From the NCBI GenBank assembly GCA_044376435.1, contig JBILKX010000003.1, forward strand, positions 1 to 52,520: 52,520 bases of DNA, read 5' to 3'. How positions within the stretch are numbered: the stretch's first letter is position 1; each line of letters begins with the position of its first letter. The position numbers were made by a program, and so were the translations under genes. Shown here in pieces: positions 1 through 8,724 of this stretch. The notes beneath the pieces were generated by a model. That model was not told the origin of the DNA. It did no database searches and was given only the letters and a program-made list of their open reading frames with translations. Origin of the DNA: Alphaproteobacteria bacterium. GTDB lineage: Bacteria > Pseudomonadota > Alphaproteobacteria > JBILKX01.

Positions 1-9
1 TTTTTTCAT
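1..9 (-). CDS. 5' fragment (MKK...) of a gene running off the left edge
   Basis: The minus strand reads AGAGGAAGCTCAC-ATG AAA AAA, i.e. an SD-like motif then ATG. It is divergent from the 391 ORF. Confidence 0.4.
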
Positions 10-390
10 GTGAGCTTCCTCTTTTTTTTCCGAACAAATAGGGTAGCTCACATTCTTTTTATTAACAATATCAATTAATTAGTTATCTCTTATCCAAAAC
101 TCGGGTTAATTAGGTATAAAATGGCCTCAGAGCGCCTTTCTCATGGGGGGCTATAAAATCTTTGCCGGCGTTTTATTACGCTAGGTGGCTCGACTCAGGA
201 AAAAATACCTTGAAAAATATGCCAACAAATCTTATTTAAAAGATAGTAGTGGTCGGACATGGGGAAATAGTTTTTAAGACTTCTCCAAAGGCATTCCGGT
301 ATAAAGTGAGTTTTGTGCCTTTCTGAAAGGATTGAGCCTTGATGACGTTGTGTCTGGGTATGTTTACCATTTTAGAAGGAAAAATTCTTT

Positions 391-2121
391 ATGCGTCACT
401 TTCTTGCCGTAATATTGTGTTGTAGTGTATCCCTGAATCCGTTGGCGGGATTCGCATGGGCGGCTGATAGCCGTACGATGACTGTAGAGGTCGGCGCTTC
501 TCAAACGACTCAGACGGTCACGAAAAAAGCTGAGGTTGTGTTAAATACCCAAGATGTTGCAAAGGCTCAAGCGAGCAAAGCGCGATGGACGTGGCCGGTC
601 ATTGGCGCTGTGACTGTAGCCTTGGCTGTGGTAAGCCTGATTGTGGCGCTTGTATCGCGGCGTTCGGATTCTTCCGTGGGAACAGGCTCTGATCTAAGTC
701 CGCTTGGTGGAGGTGATCTGAACAGTGTGCCGACGGATATGCAAAATGATGAACCGTTGATGAATTCATCCGAAGAAACCCAGAAAATCTTGGCAGAGTT
801 TATGCAACTTGCTGGCGAAAAAGAAAACTTTCTGCCGGATATTTTGGATTTTTTTGACAAGCTTAACTTAGTATGGAAGCATACAAAGGGTGCACAGGAG
901 CGTTTGCGGAGGATGAACTTACTCCTAGATCACTATAGTGAAAACATGGATATAATAGATATAATTGAAAAATATGCACGACCGGATATCGCTGCAGGTT
1001 TAGACGCAAATGCCCTAACGGTGCCCATAGATACTCTGCAAGAGGTGAGGGAAAAACTCAGTGATTTTAGCATAATAAATGGAAAAATGGTCAATATGCT
1101 TCTAGAAAAGGCACACCCCAGTGTTACCCTTTCTGGCATACCAGAGACCTTTAAAGAGAAATTGGTCATGGTTAAGGAGCGTGTATTGGCAGTTGAAGCG
1201 GGGAATGAGCGGGTAGAGAAAGAGACTGAGTCAACGACAGAGGAGTCAGAGGGAGAGTCAGGATCAAACTCAGGGTCGGAGATAGAGTCAGGGTCAGAGG
1301 TAGAGATAGAGGTCAGTGAAGAAGTAAAACATACAGCGGCAGAAGTATTAAGGTTCTTTGAAGTCTTGCCAACAACATGGTTACGCGCGGATCCCGAGTG
1401 GGTGACTGCAATAGATACTGTCAAAGCGGCTCTCTCTCCAGAGCGCTTGACCAGTTGTAGTGCGGCAACATTTCTAGCATTTGAAAACGTCGTATTAGGT
1501 CTCCGTGACCTCAATGTGAATATTATGCTTATTAATTCAAATCTCAAACCGCAGCTCGAAATAATTTACGATCACTTTCACACGCTTATAAAAAATCGGG
1601 GGATCAATATTCCCATTAACCAGGGTATAAAATCCTATTTATCCGTCCCCAAAAGTTTTGGAGCGACACAGCCGTCACCACAGACACCGGTAACAGCAAC
1701 AAGATCTTCGACGATAGGGGGGGAGAGACTTCGACCTGACCCACTACCAAGTAAGCTGCCAGTTAAAACAACCATATCGGAACCATCTCCCACTCTTCCA
1801 GACACGGGGCTTGGGAGTCTTGCTAGGACGTTTTTTCAATACCACCAGAAGCAGGCGATTAAGCCCTCCATCTTTTCAAAAATGACCACTGAAGAATTTA
1901 ATTCTCATCTAGAGACTGTTAATACGTATCTTCAAAAGATCTCCTCAAACGTGGGGCAGGCAGCTGACCATGTAAAAAACAACGGGGGCTCTGAAAAGTT
2001 AATCAAGGCTCTAGCCCATCTTAGAGACAATGTTCTTCAAGGCGGGATTTCTTATCACATATTCGACAAGCTTTATAATCACCTAGAAGCAGACCGTCAG
2101 CAAATGCCTCACATGGACTAA
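391..2121 (+). CDS. Orphan protein with signal peptide, one TM helix, helical body, Ser/Glu-rich and Pro/Thr-rich tracts
   Basis: 576-aa ORF with AGAAGGA SD. N-terminus MRHFLAVILCC...GFAWA; hydrophobic WTWPVIGAVTVALAVVSLIVALV followed by SRR. No recognisable family. Confidence 0.8.
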   Translation: MRHFLAVILCCSVSLNPLAGFAWAADSRTMTVEVGASQTTQTVTKKAEVVLNTQDVAKAQASKARWTWPVIGAVTVALAVVSLIVALVSRRSDSSVGTGSDLSPLGGGDLNSVPTDMQNDEPLMNSSEETQKILAEFMQLAGEKENFLPDILDFFDKLNLVWKHTKGAQERLRRMNLLLDHYSENMDIIDIIEKYARPDIAAGLDANALTVPIDTLQEVREKLSDFSIINGKMVNMLLEKAHPSVTLSGIPETFKEKLVMVKERVLAVEAGNERVEKETESTTEESEGESGSNSGSEIESGSEVEIEVSEEVKHTAAEVLRFFEVLPTTWLRADPEWVTAIDTVKAALSPERLTSCSAATFLAFENVVLGLRDLNVNIMLINSNLKPQLEIIYDHFHTLIKNRGINIPINQGIKSYLSVPKSFGATQPSPQTPVTATRSSTIGGERLRPDPLPSKLPVKTTISEPSPTLPDTGLGSLARTFFQYHQKQAIKPSIFSKMTTEEFNSHLETVNTYLQKISSNVGQAADHVKNNGGSEKLIKALAHLRDNVLQGGISYHIFDKLYNHLEADRQQMPHMD

Positions 2122-2123
2122 TT

Positions 2124-2189
2124 AATCGAGCCTGAAGAATCCACCATGTGTGACAGATACCCACGGAGTGGACTCTTTAGGGTGGGTTA
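2124..2189 (-). repeat. Internally deleted copy of palindromic element family B
   Basis: CCTGAAGAATCCA...ATGTGTGACA and CCACGGAGTGGACTCTTTAGGG match the reverse complement of both ends of the B copies at 22035 and 47943. It starts right after the 391 ORF stop. Confidence 0.7.
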
Positions 2190-2336
2190 AGTGACTTAAT
2201 ATACACGCCCAAGAGCCTTTAACAGGTTCTAAGACAGGCAATCGCAAGAATGGTAAAACGAGTAAAACTGTTAGCTCAAGCCTCTGAAGCTTTGAGCTTG
2301 CCCCCCGATCGCAATATCTCAATATTATAAACAATT

Positions 2337-2351
2337 TTAAATTGTGATTAA
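2337..2351. promoter_or_regulatory. TTAA-N7-TTAA box (CtrA-like) upstream of the AAA ATPase gene
   Basis: TTAA ATTGTGA TTAA, ending 65 bp before the ATG at 2416. The AT-rich context means a chance match is possible. Confidence 0.3.
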
Positions 2352-2415
2352 ATAATTTTTTTACGTATTTAAATAAAAGTTGCAAATCTAAAGACGTGAA
2401 TGATAAATTGACAAA

Positions 2416-4515
2416 ATGTTTACGTCCCTTAAAAAATCTTTGGCTGCCGTCATGGTGGCAGTAGTTTTAGCAGCCCAAATTTTTGTCCCACAGTATTCTT
2501 ATGCTGGTGTGTACGATGTTGTTAAACCGCTGGGGAAGTTTTTTGCAAAGGTGATTAGTGGTATTGGGTCTGGTCTTGGTGAACAAGCTGACGAGGACTT
2601 AAAGGCTGGTCAAGACACAAAACTTTTTCATGTCTTCAAAACAATGATTAGTAGCGCATTGCAAGAGATTGCCACAGAAGATTTAGTCCCGGCGTTGACA
2701 GCGGCTTTGCGAGATGTCATGTCGCAGTTTGTGTCAAATTTGAATGGTATTGTCACGTCTTTGGGGAGGTTGGGTGCAGCTTGGGGCTCGGGGTTAGCGT
2801 CAACGCTCACGCTTTACCTGCTTTATAATGCGGGGCGATCAGCAATATTTGTGGCAACAGATGTTGTGCGCGCACGGTGGTTCACTTCTGAACTTGCCAT
2901 AGAAAAATCTCCCAGCCGGTTTACTCGATTTGCTAATATCCTATTTGTTCGGCCTGTGAAAAAAGTAGCTTCTGCCACCGGAATTACCTATCTGTTAGAT
3001 AAATTATATGTATTTAGCTTATTGGAACGCATTGGGCTTTACCGCCCTAAAGCAAAGCAAAATACTCTAGATGATCTCATTTTAACAAGCCATGTGCGTG
3101 AAGTCGTAGAGTCGTATTGTGGAATGCTTAAGCGCGCTGCAGAAACGCGAACTCCTTTACAAAATATTGCTTTAAGTGGCCCTCCTGGTACTGGTAAGAC
3201 GCAAATTATGCGGGCAGTTGTGCATAAACTTGGGGATGAAGAGGCATTAAGTTGGTCGAGTGCGGCTCTCGCTTTTACAATGTCCTTGGCGACTTTGAAG
3301 GCTGTTGAGTTAGCCATGAACATCATTGGTCAAAGGGTCGGTGTTAATATATTTTCACCACTCGTGAGCCTATGTAGCGCTATAGGGTTAAGTAATAACA
3401 GCATTGAAATGGCTATAGGGTCACAAGGATTTTGGGGGACAATGGCGCGAAATATAACGGCAATTTCTGCCAAGTTTGGGTATGGTGGTTATCCACTGCA
3501 GTTTCTAGGCTCGGTTGTCGTGCCGGGTGCTATAAGTTTATTTATGGCAGGGCGTGCGTTGTTTCCTGAGCCTTGGAAATTTATTCTATTTTCAGGCGGG
3601 GATGTATTCAAATACCAAAGCGGTCAAGCCATCGATCAGCTGGCTAAGGCTCTAGATGTGGCAGAACAGCAAGGCAAAACTATCGTGGTCATTGATGAAG
3701 CTGATCCCTTAGTGACCGATCGCGAGGATAGTAAAGAATCTTCAACTGTACAAAGACAGGCTTTAGCTGTTTTGCTTGCTCGTGCTGGTAATCGCTCCCC
3801 AAAATCAGCCCTAGCGCTGCTCACCAATCGTCTTAAAGTGATAGATCCCGCCATTGGCAGACGTATTGACCTGATGGTAAATGTGGGCCTCCCGGGTCAA
3901 ATACAACGCGAGCAGTTATTGATCAAATATTTCAAACAATATTGCCTTGGTCAACCGGGTCTGATTATTGAGAACGATTTTGTGACAACAAGGTATGTCC
4001 GGCGGTTAGCGGAAAAAATGAAAGGGCTCTCTGGCGCTGAAATTGAAACAATCTGTTTAGTTGCGGCAAGTCGTGGGTTGAACCGTCCTGATCAAACATT
4101 AACGGCGCCGCTTTTAGAATCAGTTGTGCAAGAAACACTTGTCAAGAACGCTAAGATTGTGAGCAAGTGGAAGTACGATGATGAACAGCAAGACGAGGTG
4201 GTAAATGCTGGCCCCAGTGGTGCGCCAGGTGCGGCGCCCAGCGTTCCAAATGCGGTGCCGAGTGTCTCAGTCCCCGTGACGACCGCACCTGAACTCAAAA
4301 ATTCTTCTGGTCAACTACCTATGATTTCGGAAGGGGTGGCGGCTGATGTTCAGGCTATCCCTCAAAAACCAGCTGTAGAAACCCTGACCCCAGAGGTTGA
4401 AGCGCCGGAGATTCAAGTGCCACAAGTGAAAGTCGGCGTGACTGAAGTGCGTCGTGTTATCGTCAGTCCAGAGGATTTGCAGATTGACACAGCTGAATTA
4501 GCGGCTGCGGCGTAA
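2416..4515 (+). CDS. Signal-peptide-bearing AAA+ ATPase, ATAD3-like, with a hydrophobic insertion
   Basis: Walker A GPPGTGKT, SGGDV, Walker B VVIDEAD, SRH TNRLKVIDPAIGRRID, LPGQIQRE and GLSGAEI. The N-terminus ends in ...QYSYA and the C-tail is Pro/Val-rich. Confidence 0.85.
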   Translation: MFTSLKKSLAAVMVAVVLAAQIFVPQYSYAGVYDVVKPLGKFFAKVISGIGSGLGEQADEDLKAGQDTKLFHVFKTMISSALQEIATEDLVPALTAALRDVMSQFVSNLNGIVTSLGRLGAAWGSGLASTLTLYLLYNAGRSAIFVATDVVRARWFTSELAIEKSPSRFTRFANILFVRPVKKVASATGITYLLDKLYVFSLLERIGLYRPKAKQNTLDDLILTSHVREVVESYCGMLKRAAETRTPLQNIALSGPPGTGKTQIMRAVVHKLGDEEALSWSSAALAFTMSLATLKAVELAMNIIGQRVGVNIFSPLVSLCSAIGLSNNSIEMAIGSQGFWGTMARNITAISAKFGYGGYPLQFLGSVVVPGAISLFMAGRALFPEPWKFILFSGGDVFKYQSGQAIDQLAKALDVAEQQGKTIVVIDEADPLVTDREDSKESSTVQRQALAVLLARAGNRSPKSALALLTNRLKVIDPAIGRRIDLMVNVGLPGQIQREQLLIKYFKQYCLGQPGLIIENDFVTTRYVRRLAEKMKGLSGAEIETICLVAASRGLNRPDQTLTAPLLESVVQETLVKNAKIVSKWKYDDEQQDEVVNAGPSGAPGAAPSVPNAVPSVSVPVTTAPELKNSSGQLPMISEGVAADVQAIPQKPAVETLTPEVEAPEIQVPQVKVGVTEVRRVIVSPEDLQIDTAELAAAA

Positions 4516-4610
4516 TCGAACAGTGAGCAGATTTATTAGGCAGAGTTCTGGGCTGAACATTAAATTAATGCTTCAAACCTGATTTTACAAGGGTGTTGCA
4601 TGTTGAACTA

Positions 4611-4636
4611 GATACTCAATCCGAATGAAAAAGCGC
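4611..4636 (+). repeat. Degenerate solo left end of MITE family A
   Basis: GATACTCAATCCGAATGAAAAAGCG versus the family A end TATACCCAATCCAAATGAAAAAGCG at 47859. Confidence 0.55.
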
Positions 4637-4733
4637 CTTTTTTCCGGGAGGATTTAAAAAAATAGTTTTCATTTGGTATATTCTCGATTACGATTGGGGC
4701 AAGATTAACACATTATAAGCGGAGGTAAATTCT

Positions 4734-5279
4734 ATGATTGGAGCTTTTCATAACTTATTAAGCAATTCAATAACACGGGCGCACTGGGTGCAGGTAATTG
4801 TCGGCATTGCTGTTTTGTATGCTTCAGCTCAGGTCTGTATTCCATTGATGACGGTGCCTGTGACTTTGCAACCAACGGCGATCATGTTGCTAGGCTTGTG
4901 TTTTTCGAGAGCTGTTGCAATACAAACGGTGATGAGTTACTTGATTATCGGGGCTTTAGGCGCACCGGTCTTCGCCATGGGAATGGGGGGATTGCCGGTC
5001 TTGATTGGGCCACGTGGCGGGTACTTGTTAGGATTTTTACTCGCAGTTATTGTGATGACAAGTGTGCGTTCATGGGTATTAGATAACCTCCGCTGGGGCG
5101 GCGAATTTGCTCTAACACTTTTAGGAACGGCCTGTATTTATGCATGCGGCTTGGCATGGTTAAGTGTGTATTTAGGCAGTGTGACCTCTGCTGTACAGGT
5201 CGGGTTTTTACCTTTTATTATCCCAGGCGTTATTAAGAATGGGTTGCTGGTGGCGATTGTGCGTTACGTGCGCCGTTAG
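4734..5279 (+). CDS. bioY: Biotin transporter BioY
   Basis: 181 aa, hydrophobic, with VPVTLQ, GALGAPVFA, GPRGGYLLGF and PFIIPGVIK motifs. GGAGGT SD. Confidence 0.93.
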   Translation: MIGAFHNLLSNSITRAHWVQVIVGIAVLYASAQVCIPLMTVPVTLQPTAIMLLGLCFSRAVAIQTVMSYLIIGALGAPVFAMGMGGLPVLIGPRGGYLLGFLLAVIVMTSVRSWVLDNLRWGGEFALTLLGTACIYACGLAWLSVYLGSVTSAVQVGFLPFIIPGVIKNGLLVAIVRYVRR

Positions 5280-5302
5280 AACAGACCACCGATAAGAAAT
5301 AG

Positions 5303-5332
5303 TATTAAGCGCAATGTGAAAAAGTCTATTGA
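5303..5332. repeat. Solo arm of inverted-repeat family C
   Basis: TATTAAGCGCAATGTGAAAAAGTCTATTGA; its reverse complement matches 38319-38348 at 27/30. Confidence 0.6.
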
Positions 5333-5402
5333 CGCGCTGTTTAAGTCACATCAGAGCGTCTTTTTAACAGGGGACTACAAATTTTTAGGCGGTTAATCAG
5401 TC

Positions 5403-8400
5403 ATGACAAATTCCGATTCTCATCCGAACTCACTGTCCCGCGCGGCATTACGCCAAGCACACTACCAGGATGAGTCCACGCTTATTCAGCAAGCTTTGGC
5501 GCAGTTAAGCTGGACAGCTGAAGATCATCAGGCGGTGCAAAAAGATGCTGAAGCTTTGGTGCATAAAGTGCGGGCGCAGAAAACGCCGGTGTTTGCTTTT
5601 GATGAATTGCTGCGGACCTACGATCTGTCGACCGAAGAGGGTGTGGCTCTCATGTGTTTGGCGGAAGCATTTTTACGCATTCCAGATGGGATGACGGCTG
5701 AGGCCCTGATTGAGGATAAATTCTGTAGCATTGACTGGAAAGCCCTCATTAATCGATCCTCTTCCTGGTGGGTGAAAGCATCTGCTTGGGCAGGACGATT
5801 AGGGCAGGGGATATTAAACGCGCCGATTGCGTCCGATAATCACTTTATGCAGTTGGTCGGTAAGATGGTGGCGCGTGTTGGTCAACCAGTGATCCGCGAG
5901 GCCGTTGCCGTAGCAATGCGTCTTTTGGGGAATCATTTTGTGATGGCGCCAACGATGGCGGAAGCATTAGCTAAGGCTGCGGTGCTTGAGCCTAAAGGCT
6001 ACCGTCACTCTTACGATATGCTCGGCGAGGGCGCACGCACATTAGCCGATGCGGACCGTTATTTAGCTGCCTATCTGCAAGCAATCGATTTAGTGGCAAA
6101 TGGGGTCACAGGTGACTATGAACAACGTCCGACCATTTCGGTAAAATTATCAGCGATTCATCCCCGCTACACACATACCCAAAAGCAGCGAGTGATAGAC
6201 GAGGTCTACCCGCGTGTTTTACAGCTCGCTAAGGCCGCCTTTGCAGCTGGAATTGGTTTAACAATTGATGCGGAAGAAACTGACCGATTAGATATCTCGC
6301 TCGATATTGTCGAAGCGTTATTGCAAGCCCCCGATCTTGAGGGGTGGCTAGGCTTAGGTCTGGCCGTGCAATCCTATCAGCGCCGTGCCCTGGCGGTCAT
6401 TGATTGGGTGATTGCGGCAGGGCAACAATACCAGCGCCGCCTTAATGTACGTCTCGTGAAGGGGGCGTACTGGGATAGTGAAATCAAACGCGCCCAAGAG
6501 CTGGGTACGCCCACCTATCCAGTGTTCACCCGCAAGACAACGACTGATCTTATCTATCTGGCCTGTGCAAAACGTTTATTACAGGCGCAGAGCTGGATAT
6601 ATCCGCAGTTTGCCACACATAATGCCTTTACCGTCGCGGCAATTCTTCATATGGCCCGTGAAGCGAGTGGTGAATATCCGGCTTTCGAGTTTCAGCGTTT
6701 GTTTGGTATGGGCGAGGCTTTATATACGGAGATCGTTGAGAAAAGTACCCATAAGATCCCATGCCGCATTTATGCACCGATTGGCGGTCATCGTGATTTG
6801 CTCGCCTATCTTGTGCGGCGATTGCTCGAAAATGGCGCCAATTCATCATTTGTGCATAAACTGAGTGACCCTCACACCCCTGTGCAGACACTGCTGGAAG
6901 ATCCCATTATAAAGACCCAACACCTTAAGGAGGCTGCCCACCCCCGCATTCCTCAGCCACCTCAGCTTTATGGGGCCGAGCGCTGTAATTCGCGTGGTAT
7001 CGACTTAGCTGATGAAGACCAGCTTGCGCATTTAATGTCACAAGTGCAGGCAGTGCCGCTGATGCACGCCCAGCCAATTATCAAGGGCGAGCGTATCACC
7101 GGTGAAGAAGTTACCATCTATAATCCCGCTGATAGTCACTCTAGAGTGGGAACCGTGGTGAATGCGACAGCGGCGCACGCAGCAGCGGCGATTGACGCAG
7201 CGGCACGTGCTGGAACTGACTGGGCGCCACCGGCAGAGCGGGCGCAGATTTTACGTCGGGCGGCTGACTTGATGGAACAGCGTTGGTCCGTGCTGATTGC
7301 ACTATGTATACGTGAGGGAGGAAAAACCCTTATGGATGCCGTCAATGAGGTGCGGGAAGCTGTAGATTTTTGCCGTTACTATGCCGCACAAGTGGAGCAA
7401 GACTTTGTTAACCCACAGGTGTTGCCTGGAATTACAGGGGAGCAAAACCATCTGCTGTGGCGGGGCCGTGGTATCTTTGTCTGTATTAGTCCGTGGAATT
7501 TTCCATTAGCGATTTTTTTAGGGCAAGTCGTAGCAGCTTTAGCAGCCGGCAACCCAGTGGTGGCCAAACCTGCGGAGGCAACCCCCCTGATTGCGGCGGC
7601 GGCTGTTGATATTTTGTACGAAGCCGGTATTCCCGTTGAGGTGCTCCATTTTTTACCGGGACGGAGCCGCGACATGGCGGCAGCCTTACTGACCGAGCCT
7701 CGTGTTATGGGCGTCGCCTTTACGGGCTCAACGGCGACGGCACAATTCATTAATCGCACGTTAGCGGCGCGCGATGCACCGATCGCGTCCTTCATTGCTG
7801 AAACAGGCGGTTTGAATGCGATGGTGGTGGATTCCTCGAGTCTGCCAGAGCAAGTTGTGGACGATATCGTGAAGTCGGCTTTCTTAACAGCCGGACAGCG
7901 GTGCTCAGCCCTTAGATTGTTGTTTTTGCAGAATGATATTGCTGAAAAAATCATCGAGATGCTCATAGGGGCGACTCAAGAGCTCACACTAGGTAATCCT
8001 ATGAATCTTGACACGGATATTGGCCCAGTTATTAGCGCCCAAGCAAGCCAGGATCTTGAATCACACTGTGAGATCATGGGTAAAGTAGCTTCCCTCGTAT
8101 ACCAAGGCCAGAACCCTCATGCGCAAGGATGGTTCATAGCGCCAAGAATCTATGAGTTACCAGAGGCGGCCGTACTCAAAAATGAAGCTTTTGGTCCAAT
8201 TCTTCATGTGGTGCGCTATCGCGCCTCTGAGCTTAATCAAGTTATTGCAGCCATTAACGCGAGTGGCTATGGACTCACGCTGGGTATTCATAGCCGCATC
8301 GGAAGTGTTGGTGAACACATCGCCTCACACGCACGTGTGGGGAATGTGTATATTAACCGTAACATGGTTGGCGCCGTTGTTGGCACGCAACCTTTCGGGG

Positions 8401-8540
8401 GGCAAGGCCTGTCGGGAACGGGTTTTAAAGCTGGCGGGCCAAATTATCTCAAGCGGTTTGCTACTGAACAGGTTATCACACGCAATCTCACCGCGTCTGG
8501 CGGTAATATCACTTTGCTTGGTTTAGCGGATGCTGACTGA
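5403..8540 (+). CDS. putA: Bifunctional proline dehydrogenase / P5C dehydrogenase (short PutA)
   Basis: EEGVALMCLAEA, SYDMLGEGA, VRLVKGAYWDSEIK, QFATHN, VRRLLENGAN, CISPWNFP, ETGGLNAM, GQRCSALR and QPFGG motifs. Confidence 0.97.
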   Translation: MTNSDSHPNSLSRAALRQAHYQDESTLIQQALAQLSWTAEDHQAVQKDAEALVHKVRAQKTPVFAFDELLRTYDLSTEEGVALMCLAEAFLRIPDGMTAEALIEDKFCSIDWKALINRSSSWWVKASAWAGRLGQGILNAPIASDNHFMQLVGKMVARVGQPVIREAVAVAMRLLGNHFVMAPTMAEALAKAAVLEPKGYRHSYDMLGEGARTLADADRYLAAYLQAIDLVANGVTGDYEQRPTISVKLSAIHPRYTHTQKQRVIDEVYPRVLQLAKAAFAAGIGLTIDAEETDRLDISLDIVEALLQAPDLEGWLGLGLAVQSYQRRALAVIDWVIAAGQQYQRRLNVRLVKGAYWDSEIKRAQELGTPTYPVFTRKTTTDLIYLACAKRLLQAQSWIYPQFATHNAFTVAAILHMAREASGEYPAFEFQRLFGMGEALYTEIVEKSTHKIPCRIYAPIGGHRDLLAYLVRRLLENGANSSFVHKLSDPHTPVQTLLEDPIIKTQHLKEAAHPRIPQPPQLYGAERCNSRGIDLADEDQLAHLMSQVQAVPLMHAQPIIKGERITGEEVTIYNPADSHSRVGTVVNATAAHAAAAIDAAARAGTDWAPPAERAQILRRAADLMEQRWSVLIALCIREGGKTLMDAVNEVREAVDFCRYYAAQVEQDFVNPQVLPGITGEQNHLLWRGRGIFVCISPWNFPLAIFLGQVVAALAAGNPVVAKPAEATPLIAAAAVDILYEAGIPVEVLHFLPGRSRDMAAALLTEPRVMGVAFTGSTATAQFINRTLAARDAPIASFIAETGGLNAMVVDSSSLPEQVVDDIVKSAFLTAGQRCSALRLLFLQNDIAEKIIEMLIGATQELTLGNPMNLDTDIGPVISAQASQDLESHCEIMGKVASLVYQGQNPHAQGWFIAPRIYELPEAAVLKNEAFGPILHVVRYRASELNQVIAAINASGYGLTLGIHSRIGSVGEHIASHARVGNVYINRNMVGAVVGTQPFGGQGLSGTGFKAGGPNYLKRFATEQVITRNLTASGGNITLLGLADAD

Positions 8541-8724
8541 TTCGTCCGCTCTTTTCACTATTAGTTAAGATTTCTTTGTTATATTTCCTTATAAGGCAAA
8601 TAAGATGAGTGAACTACGTCCCGCTGAGGATGGTAGTGCGCTTTAAGATAAATGTTGAAAATCAAAAGTTTTATAGCTTCTGTTTAGCATTTACTATTTT
8701 AAAATTTTTAAAGGAATAGAGTTC

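Noticed and set aside
3235-3573. Intein in the AAA ATPase
   Set aside because: No N-terminal Cys/Ser block, no terminal His-Asn followed by C/S/T, and the insert is hydrophobic rather than HINT-like.
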